Shown here: positions 9,969 through 18,553 of the stretch, one piece after another | How the letters are laid out: each line of letters opens with the position of its first letter | Numbering within the stretch: position 1 is the first letter of the stretch | From: Pyrodictium abyssi | GTDB lineage: Archaea; Thermoproteota; Thermoprotei_A; Sulfolobales; Pyrodictiaceae | Assembly: GCF_036323395.1 (NCBI RefSeq) | Contig: NZ_AP028907.1 | Span: 1,230,001-1,262,000 of the forward strand | Direction of reading: 5' to 3' | Length of the DNA stretch: 32,000 nucleotides | Translations under genes and position numbers: made by a program | Notes under the pieces: generated by a model | Databases searched by the model: none | Told to the model about the DNA's origin: nothing | The model's input: only the letters and a program-made list of their open reading frames with translations

Positions 9969-10190
9969 CTTTGTTGCACCATATAGAGAGCGATACGCCC
10001 CTAAGTTGTTGCCCCAAGCGTCTGGGCGAACAATAAGGTATGTGTAGATTCTCTACCTAGTTGTCCTGGTTGTCCTGAAACCTTGAAACATCATCAAGGT
10101 TGTGGTGCAGGTGATGCGCCCTAGCCTTCGGGCCACGGGGTCTGCGGACCGTCGCCACATATCCGTAAAATTCTGTAGAGGCTTGATGAG

Positions 10191-11060
10191 TTATCCACGC
10201 TTGATGACTATGTCGCCTACCTTGACCCCTAGGTCCTCAGCCACTACCGGGCACTTGGCCATTGAGAGGAAGTATATTCCCTCCACGCTGCTTAGATCCT
10301 CGTAGTTTCCTTGCCCCTTGGCTACTGCTAGGTCGTGGCTCCTTATCCACGAGAGTACTTCTGGCGAGTAGCGCTCGGGCCATGTGCCGGGCTTCCCGCT
10401 CGAGACCCTCTTGAACTCTATGTTCGGCAGCCGGTCTAGCCCTCACGTAGAGTGCGTCCTCTATCGTGGCGTTGTTGATTATTGAGCCTTCCTTGACGAC
10501 GAAGGATATTTTCTTGAAGGGTCTTCCTCTGGCCCGGATCATCTCCTCTATTATGAGCTTGTCGAGGACTGTCTCTCCCGCGTTGTCGGCGAAGTATAGG
10601 AGGGTTTCCGCGCTCTGTACCTCCTCTCTCAGCCTGCTATAGTCGTCTATGGCTGGCTTCTGCTTCATGACCTTCTCGATAGTGGCTCTAAGGTCGTAGG
10701 TCTCGACAGCGGCGAAGTCGATTATGTTACCCGCTATAGCCGCCTTAACGGCAGCCCTTAGCGGGTCCTCGTGCCGGGCTATCATGGATTTAACCTCGTC
10801 CACTATTGCCGGGGCCTCATCGTTGCTCGCCTTCTTGAGCTCCCTATACGGGTCGAGGACGCCCGTTAGCTCCTCGACTAGCCCAGCGACCCCGAGGCCC
10901 TAACAAGCTGCGGCGGAGTGCCAGCCCATCCTATCTCGGTTAGATGGCGCATCACCCTACGTAGCACTTCCTCCTGTACCCGGGGGTCGTCCGTCGCTAG
11001 TCTAGCCGCTCTAAGCGCCTGCCTAGCTATACACACTACACAGTCCAGCCGGAGCTTCAT
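10191..11060 (-). pseudogene. DUF89 / ARMT1-like damage-control phosphatase, disrupted by two frameshifts
   Basis: N-terminus MKLRLDCVVCIARQALRAARLATDD... is in one frame; AGLVEELTGVLDPYRELKKASNDEAP...LLYFADNAGETVLDKLIIEEM...VKEGSIINNATIEDALY is in a second; NIEFKRVSSGKPGTWPERYSPEVLSWIRSHDLAVAKGQGNYEDLSSVEGIYFLSMAKCPVVAEDLGVKVGDIVIKRG* is in a third. Switches near 10910 and 10440. Confidence 0.85.
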
Positions 11061-11189
11061 ACAGTACCAGCCACGGGTAGGGCGCCACACCATGCCACAA
11101 GGATATAAGCAATCCAACACCAGAGGCATAGAGCCCCGGTGAGCCTTATACCCGGTAGTAATGGCTAGGTGACTTATTGTAGATCCCTG

Positions 11190-11623
11190 CTACGGGATGA
11201 CTCTAAGCCACGGGATACGCTCAAAGTCCCGGTCAAGCGTCGCCATAGTGTCTATCCCTTGGTACTTACATGTCAATGCGATTATAGAGTCTGCGAGCAT
11301 GAGGCCGTACCTTTCGGTGACCTCGATTATCTCACGAGGCTCCGACGTTATAGGCAGGGCTATGAACAGCCCCAGTATGGGTTCTACTTCGTTTCTTATC
11401 AGCGTGATGAGCTTCTCGTCTCTTTTGCAAGCAGCTGTCTTATTCTCTTCGAGCTAAGCCCGGTGGCTAGTCTTAGATAGCCATAGATAACCTCATTCAC
11501 TACTATGGCGTTAATGTAGCCGGTAATAGCGTGGTCTTCAACCTTCTCGATAATCCTGTAGGCCCGCTGGTCCTGGCCTGCCAGGAAAGCCAAGATCACA
11601 CTAGAATCCACGAATATCCTCAT
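11190..11623 (-). pseudogene. PIN-domain (VapC-like) toxin with one frameshift
   Basis: MRIFVDSSVILAFLAG...NEVIYGYLRLATG in one frame. After about 11460 the next frame continues RDEKLITLIRNEVEPILGLFIALPITSEPREIIEVTERYGLMLADSIIALTCKYQGIDTMATLDRDFERIPWLRVIP*. Confidence 0.85.
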
Positions 11624-11825
11624 TCTCTATCTCCTCAATAACCTCCAGGAACTCGCTCCTTGTCAGCTTTGGTCTATGCTTCCTCACAATACCGTAGAAC
11701 TTCTGGGCGAGGGAGCCTTCGCCGGCCTTTAGGACAATCACCACCTCCTCTCCTTCCTTCATCTCCAATGGTTCTAGTGGTTTGAGCACACCGTTCTCAT
11801 ACCTTGCTCTTATGACTCTGGGCAA
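11601..11825 (-). CDS. AF2212-like (DUF104-type) antitoxin
   Basis: MPRVIRARYENGVLKPLEPLEMKEGEEVVIVL is the characteristic N-terminus; overlaps the start of the PIN gene. Confidence 0.85.
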   Translation of the reverse strand: MPRVIRARYENGVLKPLEPLEMKEGEEVVIVLKAGEGSLAQKFYGIVRKHRPKLTRSEFLEVIEEIENEDIRGF

Positions 11826-11982
11826 CTCAACCCCCTCCTAAAGGTAGACGTTCTAGCCACTTAGCCTTTCCCCGCTAGAACCACCTACGCGCCACCAAAC
11901 GGTAACCATGCACGAAAACGCGCCCCAGTCCAGCGGCGCCAGACACAGGTAGGGGGCCTTTTGCCGCCCCGGCCCGGGGGCT

Positions 11983-12263
11983 CTATCCTGGCGCCTTCCC
12001 GTCAAGGGCTGTATGGCTGGGCTCGTACAGCGCCACCGTGTAGGTAATGGTCCCGCAGGGGCCTTCGAAGTAGCGGCGGACCACCATAGGCAGGTCGCCG
12101 CCCGGCTTTATGGGGTCGAGATGCCCGATAGACCATTCTTAGACGACATATAGTCATTACTATTTACTAGCACGACTTTTATACCTACAATCGCCATAGC
12201 CGCTATCGCTGCTAGGAGTATTACTGCACGACCACCACTACTATTACGTAGTACTCGTTCCAC
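11983..12263 (-). pseudogene. Small single-TM secreted/pilin-like protein, apparently frameshifted
   Basis: GTG start at 12263: MERVLRNSSGGRAVILLAAIAAMAIVGIKVVLVNSNDYMSSKNGLSGISTP* (stop 12108-12110). An adjacent frame continues LDPIKPGGDLPMVVRRYFEGPCGTITYTVALYEPSHTALDGKAPG* to 11983. Confidence 0.4.
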
Positions 12264-12433
12264 AACATCACCACCATATACGATGATTCTATACGTATAT
12301 ACTCAGTGAGAGTCCAAACTAACCTAGAAGCTGAAAAGCTGTTCCAGCTAGTAGATGAGCTACCCAATATTCTTCTTCATAAGATCAGATGCTAGCCGGC
12401 CCAAACACTGGCTGCTACATGTGTAGCAAGCTG

Positions 12434-12760
12434 CTAGCCCTTCTCTCCGACTATCTTTGCGTCCATGCGTCCCTTGGCGTATACCCAGTCTCCTACCCGG
12501 AGCTCCCTCCTCGGGTCTCCTCTTACTGATGGCCAGTTCGCTACGAGCACTATCCCGCAGTCGAACACTATCCAGTGCCTCTTCTCCGCTCTCCGCCGGG
12601 GCGTCCTCCACGATGTCAACTACCTGCCCGAGGCAGGCATAGCTCGGGGCAGCGGGTACCTTGTCACCTGCTTAATGAACTTCTCAGGGACATTAGCCCT
12701 GCCCATGTAGAAGGTCATTACTTCATCTAGAGCCTGCCCATGGCCGCGGAGACGCCGTCA
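12434..12760 (-). pseudogene. OB-fold-like nucleic-acid-binding protein remnant
   Basis: LDEVMTFYMGRANVPEKFIKQVTRYPLPRA, then in another frame ACLGQVVDIVEDAPAESGEE, then back to KRHWIVFDCGIVLVANWPSVRGDPRRELRVGDWVYAKGRMDAKIVGEKG*. Fold is inferred from pattern only. Confidence 0.4.
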
Positions 12761-12865
12761 CGGCCGTGCCCACGGCTTGCCGAGGGAACCACTATGCATC
12801 GGGCCCGGCTGGTACAGGTGCATGGAGGGGCTAGGCGGGGGTGACAATGCAGCCCCCGGGAGGCT

Positions 12866-14236
12866 CTAGGCCTCATGTTGTGTGCTGGTTGCTGCCTTCT
12901 TTACGCAGCCTATCGCGGTCTCTGCTAGCTCTTGCGGCCCGAGTGCTTCGAGGCCTGGGGGTGGCGGTGACTCTATGCCGCCTAGGCAGGCTATGCCCAC
13001 TCTTCGGGCGCCTATGGCTTCTGCGCGCTGGAGAACGGTCTTCATGTCGCTTTGGCTGCATGGGCCGAGCTTGACCTCGTAGGCTGCTATGGCTCTGCGG
13101 CCCCCGTGGTCGAGTACCACGACGTCTACGTCGCCTTGGCCGTCTGGCAGGATTGTGTAGGCTTGTAGGCCTCCGTGGTGCTCGGCGAGTAGCTCGCCCA
13201 GCGTGAACTGTAGTTCTCTCGCGTAGAGGCTGCGGGTGGCGTCGAGGAGGAGTTCTGGATCGCGGTGTGGGTGCTCGTCTACGCCGTAGATCTCGGCCAG
13301 CCCGTAGACTATAGCTAGTAGTGGCGAGGAGTGGCGGTAGTAGACGCGGGCGCCCCGTGTGCGCCAGAGCCGGGTCTTGGCTACTAGCCCTATCTCGGAT
13401 AGCCGGTCGAGGAGCCCCGTAGCCGGGCCTGCTCCGGGGCTGGAGAGGAGGCCCCGCTGGTATAGGAGGCCTGCTAGCTTCGCGCTGCTCCATACCCCGG
13501 CTGCTAGTAGGCGGAGGGCTGCCTCGTAGAGTCTTGTTAGCCGTCTCTCCTCCTCCTCGAAGACCTCTCCTATGAGCCCCCGCGCCATTTGCGCCAACAT
13601 GTAGGCGTTGCCAGCAATGAAGCGCCAGGGCTCGCCCTCGAGCCCCGGGGCCAGTGGCAGGAGCCAGGGCTCTCGCAGCACGACGCCCCATAGCAGGGCG
13701 TGGCGAGGCCCAAGCCGGGGTAGAAGCGACGAGACCACGTCGGCGTAGCGTAGCGGGTCTACGCGGAGGGGTAGCACTAGGCCTAGTAGGGGGCTGCGGC
13801 GGTCGAATACGCGATTCGCGACCCCGAGGCTAGAGGCTACGAGGACAAGCCTGCCCTCGGGGTGGCGTGTGGCTAGTAGGTCCCAGTAGCGCTCCGGTAG
13901 CCGCTGGAACTCGTCGACAACCACTACACCGTCCTCGGCTAGCAGCTCCACAGCCCTAGACATGGCCTCCCCTATCTCGGTGACCGTAGGCTTCTTCCCG
14001 GGCTCCTCCACTACCGCTGATAGGTCGCGCGTCACAGTCACGTAGAGCCGCCATGGGAGGAGCAGGCGTGCCATGAAGCTCTTCCCGGTCTTCCTACGCC
14101 CGTAGACCAGGAGCCAGCCGCTGCGGCGCTTCAGCTCGAGGAACTCGCGCCGCCATAGTACATGTGTCTCCTCCAACGCTTCTGCCCGGTATACCCGCTG
14201 GAATATACCCGCGAGTATATACCCACCGGAATGCAC
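12866..14236 (-). CDS. Archaeal ATPase with C-terminal DUF234/nuclease-like domain
   Basis: Walker A YGRRKTGKSFMARLL, Walker B DGVVVVDEFQRLPERYWD, C-terminal KPRLWRTRGARVYYRHSSP...YTILPDGQGDVDVVVLDHGGRRAIAAYEVKLG. Confidence 0.85.
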   Translation of the reverse strand: MHSGGYILAGIFQRVYRAEALEETHVLWRREFLELKRRSGWLLVYGRRKTGKSFMARLLLPWRLYVTVTRDLSAVVEEPGKKPTVTEIGEAMSRAVELLAEDGVVVVDEFQRLPERYWDLLATRHPEGRLVLVASSLGVANRVFDRRSPLLGLVLPLRVDPLRYADVVSSLLPRLGPRHALLWGVVLREPWLLPLAPGLEGEPWRFIAGNAYMLAQMARGLIGEVFEEEERRLTRLYEAALRLLAAGVWSSAKLAGLLYQRGLLSSPGAGPATGLLDRLSEIGLVAKTRLWRTRGARVYYRHSSPLLAIVYGLAEIYGVDEHPHRDPELLLDATRSLYARELQFTLGELLAEHHGGLQAYTILPDGQGDVDVVVLDHGGRRAIAAYEVKLGPCSQSDMKTVLQRAEAIGARRVGIACLGGIESPPPPGLEALGPQELAETAIGCVKKAATSTQHEA

Positions 14237-14528
14237 GGGGCACGGCCACGATAAGGGGTGGCTAGCCTTGTTGGGACGCGTCTAGGGGGCACGCCCATGG
14301 ACAGCTGGAGCCGGCGACTATGCTCCCCGGGTCCGGGGCAATGGTTTATGCTTGGCTTATGCTTGCAGCCGGCCTCCCCCGGGGCTACCCGTAGGGCGGG
14401 GTGGAGCCGTTAGGAGCTGGAGGGCGAGGCCCCATGGGCTGGCAGAACATAGTCAGCTAGGAGACGTCAATAAGGATAGCCCAGACTTCGAAGAAAAACG
14501 GTGAGGTGAGCATATAGGTAGGATTGTT

Positions 14529-15749
14529 TTAGGTGTGGCTGCGTGGGAGTATCTTTAGCTTCTCTGCTGCCCGTCTGGCCTTGGCGCGGGCTTCCTCGGG
14601 TGTCTCGGCACGGGCTAGTACTACTGCCATGCGGCGGCCCCGGTAGGTTCTGGGCTTGCCGAACCAGCGCAGCTCTACGCCCGGCTCGGCTAGGGCCTGG
14701 TAGGCGCCGCTGAGCACGGGGTACCACTCGCCGTCGAGGTTTGTGTATACTGCTATGCTGGCTGCGGGGGTTAGGACACTGGGCCTGGGGACGGGTAGGC
14801 CTACTGCTGCGCGTACGTGGGCTTGGAACTCGCTGATGTCCTGGCTGGCTAGGGTGACTAGGCCTGTGTCGTGGGGCCTGGGCGCCACTTCGCTGAAGAG
14901 GAGCCGGCCGTCCCTAGTCTGTAGGAGCTCGACGCCGAATACCCCGACGCCGCCTAGGGCCTCTGCTACCCGTGCTGCTATCTCGCGGGCCCGGTGGAGC
15001 AGGCCCGTGGGCCTGGTGCTGGGCTGCCAGGACTCTATGTAGTGGTACTCGCCGTACCTCCAGTGCTCGACCGGCTCCATAGCGTCTGTTCTCGCCTTGT
15101 CGCCGTCGAGCCACCGGTAGGCGAGGACAGTGTACTCTGTCTCTAGCTCAACGTACTCCTCCACTATGACGCGGCGGCTCGCACCCCGGGCGTGGCTTAT
15201 CGACTCCATGTAGGCCTTCTCGACAGCCTGGCGGCTAGGCTCCGCGACCTTTACGTGGCCGTGGCCGCTACTGCTCATCTCGGGCTTGATTAGGCAGGGG
15301 TAGCCGACCTTCTCGCAGGCCTCGTAGGCCTCCTCAGGCGTCTCGGCGAAGGCATACCTTGTGGTGGGTAGGCCTAGCTCCTCGGCCGCCCAGCGCCGCA
15401 GCTCTATACGGTTCATCGCTATCCTGACTGCCCGCGCGTTGGGCACCACGTGGTAGCCCTTCTCCTCGAGCCTCTCCAGCGCCTCGGTGTTGATGGCCTC
15501 TATCTCGGGTACCACCGCTACCGGGTTCTCGCGCTCCACGATGGCCTCCACTGCGCCCGCGTCGAGCATGTCCACGACGTAGCGGCGGTGGGCTACGTGC
15601 ATCGCTGGGGCCCAGTCGTAGCGGTCGACAACGACCACCTCTAGGCCGAGCCGCTGCGCCTCTATCGCTACCTCCTTGCCTAGCTCGCCGCCGCCTAGTA
15701 GGAGCACCTTGGCTGCTCCGGGGCCCAGAGGGCTGGGTATGGAGTCCAT
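14529..15749 (-). CDS. purT: Formate-dependent phosphoribosylglycinamide formyltransferase
   Basis: Starts MDSIPSPLGPGAAKVLLLGGGELGKEVAIEAQRLG; contains YDWAPAMHVAHRRYVVDMLD, CLIKPEMSSSGHGHVKV, GVFGVELLQTRDG and SEVAPRPHDTGLVTLASQDISEFQAHVRAAVGLP. The ORF track extends upstream to 16001, but that part is spurious. Confidence 0.93.
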   Translation of the reverse strand: MDSIPSPLGPGAAKVLLLGGGELGKEVAIEAQRLGLEVVVVDRYDWAPAMHVAHRRYVVDMLDAGAVEAIVERENPVAVVPEIEAINTEALERLEEKGYHVVPNARAVRIAMNRIELRRWAAEELGLPTTRYAFAETPEEAYEACEKVGYPCLIKPEMSSSGHGHVKVAEPSRQAVEKAYMESISHARGASRRVIVEEYVELETEYTVLAYRWLDGDKARTDAMEPVEHWRYGEYHYIESWQPSTRPTGLLHRAREIAARVAEALGGVGVFGVELLQTRDGRLLFSEVAPRPHDTGLVTLASQDISEFQAHVRAAVGLPVPRPSVLTPAASIAVYTNLDGEWYPVLSGAYQALAEPGVELRWFGKPRTYRGRRMAVVLARAETPEEARAKARRAAEKLKILPRSHT

Positions 15750-15844
15750 CCTAGGGGGTATACCCACCGCTATGCACCCCGCCAGGGGCCGGCCTTGGAT
15801 CATACAGAGGGCACATACATGGGGTCTGAAAGAAACGTGCAGGC

Positions 15845-17323
15845 CTAGCTGTAGTCGTGGACTATTAGGCCGCGGCCGGGTATCCAGTCGTAGATCCTGG
15901 TCTCGCCTCGGGCGCGGCGCCTCGTGTAGGCCTTCCTCACGCGCTCGGCTAGCGCCACGCGGCTCTCTATGTGGCTCCTCTGGCCTATGTCGCGGCGCCA
16001 TACGAGGGGGTGGCCGTCGAGAAGCCTCACCGCCTCCGCCGCGCGCTGGGCCCTGGCGGCTGCGTCCTCGTAGCCCTGGCTGCTCCAGCAGACTATCTCC
16101 ACGAGACGGGAGCCCGTGGAGACGAGGCCGCGGGGGCCCTGGTCTACCCCGGCGTAGAGTAGCCTGCAGCCCTGGCGCTCGACAGCGTCTCTGTCTACGG
16201 CCACCGGGTGACCCCGGGCTAGGGCCCGGTTGTTGGGGTAGCCTGCGGGTGCTAGCGCGATGTTGACCACGTAGACGTCGTTGTCTACCTCTAGCCGGTA
16301 GCCGGCTAGCCTGCCCGAGGCTGCGCGGTCCAGCAGCTCTAGGAAGTCGCTCCGCAGCATGGGGAGCAGGTTGCCGGTCTCGGGGTCGCCAAACCTGGCG
16401 TAGTACTCTATGACCGTGGGGCCCCAGAGGCTGGTGAGCATCATCTGGCCGCTAATGGTGCCGCGGTAGGGCTCCCCGGTCTCCCGCCGGAGGGCCTCCA
16501 CGGTCTTCTCGAGTACCTCGACTGTCTCCCGGTACTCGCCGAGCTCGAGGAAGGGAGGCACAACGCCGGGCCCGCTGACCGCGCCCATTCCCCCAGTCTC
16601 GGGGCCGAGGTCCCAGCTGAAGAGGTGGGGGTGGTCCTGTACCACTGGCAGCGGCACCAGCGTGGAGCCGTCAGTGACCGCCATCACGGTGTACTCTACG
16701 CCCTCAACCCTCTCCTCGACTATAACCGAGTAGTCTATGTCGCTGTACTTCTCCCGCACCTCGCGGGCCAGCTTCTCCGCGTAGCTCCCCGCCGCCCCGC
16801 GCACCGCTGCCCCAAGGTGCTCCATGGGCTCCGCGAAGACGCGTACGCCGCGGCCGCCAGCCTGCCGGGCAGGCTTGACCACCACGTCGCCCGCTGCGCG
16901 GGCGTACTCCGAGGCCTCCTCGGGGTCCGTGAAGACCTGGTAGCGTAGCCGCCCCGGGATACGGTAGCGCCACATGAGCCCGCGGGCATAGGCCTTGTCC
17001 TTCTCTATCCGGGCCTGTGCCCTGCCGGGGCCGTAGACTGTGAAGCCCTTCTCCCGGAGCGCGTCCGCGACGCCCGCGAAGAGGGGCTCCTCGGGGCCTA
17101 TGACCACGAGGTCTGGGCTCCAGTCCTCGGCCGCCTGGAGGGCGTCGCCGGGGCTAGTGGGCTTGCCGGGGTAGAACCTTCCCCCGGTGTTCTCGGCGGC
17201 TTCTACTAGGCCTGGGTTCCTCTTGTCGCTTAGCACCGCTATGCGGGGCTCCATGCTGCTGCCCGCTATGAGCAGTGCGAGGGCGTGTTCGCGGCCGCCG
17301 CTGCCCAGTAGGAGCACCTTCAC
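15845..17323 (-). CDS. purD: Phosphoribosylamine-glycine ligase
   Basis: Contains VKVLLLGSGGREHAL, DLVVIGPEEPLFAGVADALREKG, VVKPARQAGGRGVRV, QDHPHLFSWDLGPETGGMGA. Confidence 0.93.
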   Translation of the reverse strand: MKVLLLGSGGREHALALLIAGSSMEPRIAVLSDKRNPGLVEAAENTGGRFYPGKPTSPGDALQAAEDWSPDLVVIGPEEPLFAGVADALREKGFTVYGPGRAQARIEKDKAYARGLMWRYRIPGRLRYQVFTDPEEASEYARAAGDVVVKPARQAGGRGVRVFAEPMEHLGAAVRGAAGSYAEKLAREVREKYSDIDYSVIVEERVEGVEYTVMAVTDGSTLVPLPVVQDHPHLFSWDLGPETGGMGAVSGPGVVPPFLELGEYRETVEVLEKTVEALRRETGEPYRGTISGQMMLTSLWGPTVIEYYARFGDPETGNLLPMLRSDFLELLDRAASGRLAGYRLEVDNDVYVVNIALAPAGYPNNRALARGHPVAVDRDAVERQGCRLLYAGVDQGPRGLVSTGSRLVEIVCWSSQGYEDAAARAQRAAEAVRLLDGHPLVWRRDIGQRSHIESRVALAERVRKAYTRRRARGETRIYDWIPGRGLIVHDYS

Positions 17324-18543
17324 TCCCGGCTCACCTCCTCCAGCATGCACGCCGTGCAGGGGTCTATGCCGTGGCTCTTGAGGTAGGAGACGGCCTCGCC
17401 TAGGGGGAGCCAGGCTAGGCTATCCACGTCGAGGACGCGCTCTATCGCATCGTCGCTTAGCTGGCGGGCTATCAGGCTGCCTGGCTCTAGGAGCTGGACG
17501 CGGTGGGGGCACGTGGCTACTATCTTGGGGCTCGAGACTGCTACGTGCAGCTCGCGGGGGGCCTGGCTACGCCACAGCCTGTGGATGAAGGTCTTCAGCG
17601 TGAGCCCGGTAACCACGCTATCGTCGACTACCGCTACCCGTCTCCCCTCGAAGACGCCGGGCACGGGGTTGAACTTGAGGCTGAGCATCATCAGCCTCTC
17701 CTCCAGCGACGCCTGGGCTATGGCGGTTCTCACACGGCCTATCGTGGAGACTAGCGCCAGCTCCATGGGGGCCTGCTTCTCCTCGGCGTAGCCTAGGGCG
17801 TAGGGGAGCGCGGTCTCCGGTACCCCTACCACGACGTCTACCTCCACGGGGTGGCTGCGGGCGAGCCGCCGGCCCATCTCCCGGCGGAACAGGTACACGT
17901 TCACGCCGTCCACGAGGCTGTCTGGGCGCGCCAGGTAGATGTACTCGAAGAGCGAGGTGGCGCGGCGGCCCCTGCCGGCGCTGTAGGTGTCGAGCGTGTA
18001 GCGGTCCCCGTAGACAGCCTCGCCCGGCTCGAGGTCGCGGCGGGGCTCCCCGCCCATCAGGGTTATGGGCGCTGTCTCCGTGGCGGCGTAGACTGCGTCG
18101 AACCCGTAGCCGCCTAGGCTGAGGGGCCGTACCCCGCTCCTCCCCCGGTACAGCACGTAGCCGCCGCTGCCTGTCAGCGCCGCTACCGTGCAGCCGTCGA
18201 ACCTGGTGCTAGAGGCCAGCGCCTCGGCTGCCTCGCGGGGGCTCCCAGCGGCCTCCACCAGCCTCAGTGCCTCCGCTGCGCTGCATGCACCGTCCACGGC
18301 CACGGCTGCGCTGCGTGAGGCGGCGAGGCTCCCAGTGGGCTCCACTGCCGCTAGTACCGCGCTGCCCTCGGGTAGGCTCCAGCCGTTGCTCCACGGGTTG
18401 AGCCTTCCCTGCTCTAGCCCGTCGCCGCGTAGAACCGCGTAGGAGACCCTTGGCCCGCGGTGCCGCAGCCCCATGACGCCGTAGCGGGCGTAGAGGCCGG
18501 CTGGCTGGTCTGGCTCGTAGAAGTAGACTAGCAGTACGCCCAT
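17320..18543 (-). CDS. Amidophosphoribosyltransferase-like paralog with a degenerated glutaminase domain
   Basis: True start at 18543 (MGVLLVYFYEP). Contains FEYIYLARPDSLVDGVNVYLFRREMGRRLAR, KFNPVPGVFEGRRVAVVDDSVVTGLTLKTF and GIDPCTACM, aligned to the neighbouring PurF. Confidence 0.85.
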   Translation of the reverse strand: MGVLLVYFYEPDQPAGLYARYGVMGLRHRGPRVSYAVLRGDGLEQGRLNPWSNGWSLPEGSAVLAAVEPTGSLAASRSAAVAVDGACSAAEALRLVEAAGSPREAAEALASSTRFDGCTVAALTGSGGYVLYRGRSGVRPLSLGGYGFDAVYAATETAPITLMGGEPRRDLEPGEAVYGDRYTLDTYSAGRGRRATSLFEYIYLARPDSLVDGVNVYLFRREMGRRLARSHPVEVDVVVGVPETALPYALGYAEEKQAPMELALVSTIGRVRTAIAQASLEERLMMLSLKFNPVPGVFEGRRVAVVDDSVVTGLTLKTFIHRLWRSQAPRELHVAVSSPKIVATCPHRVQLLEPGSLIARQLSDDAIERVLDVDSLAWLPLGEAVSYLKSHGIDPCTACMLEEVSRE

Positions 18544-18553
18544 GCCGTATGGC

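Noticed and set aside
15750-16001. Upstream extension of the purT ORF
   Set aside because: The extension is low-complexity Arg/Pro sequence antisense-like to nothing recognisable and overlaps the purD C-terminus; the conserved PurT start is at 15749.
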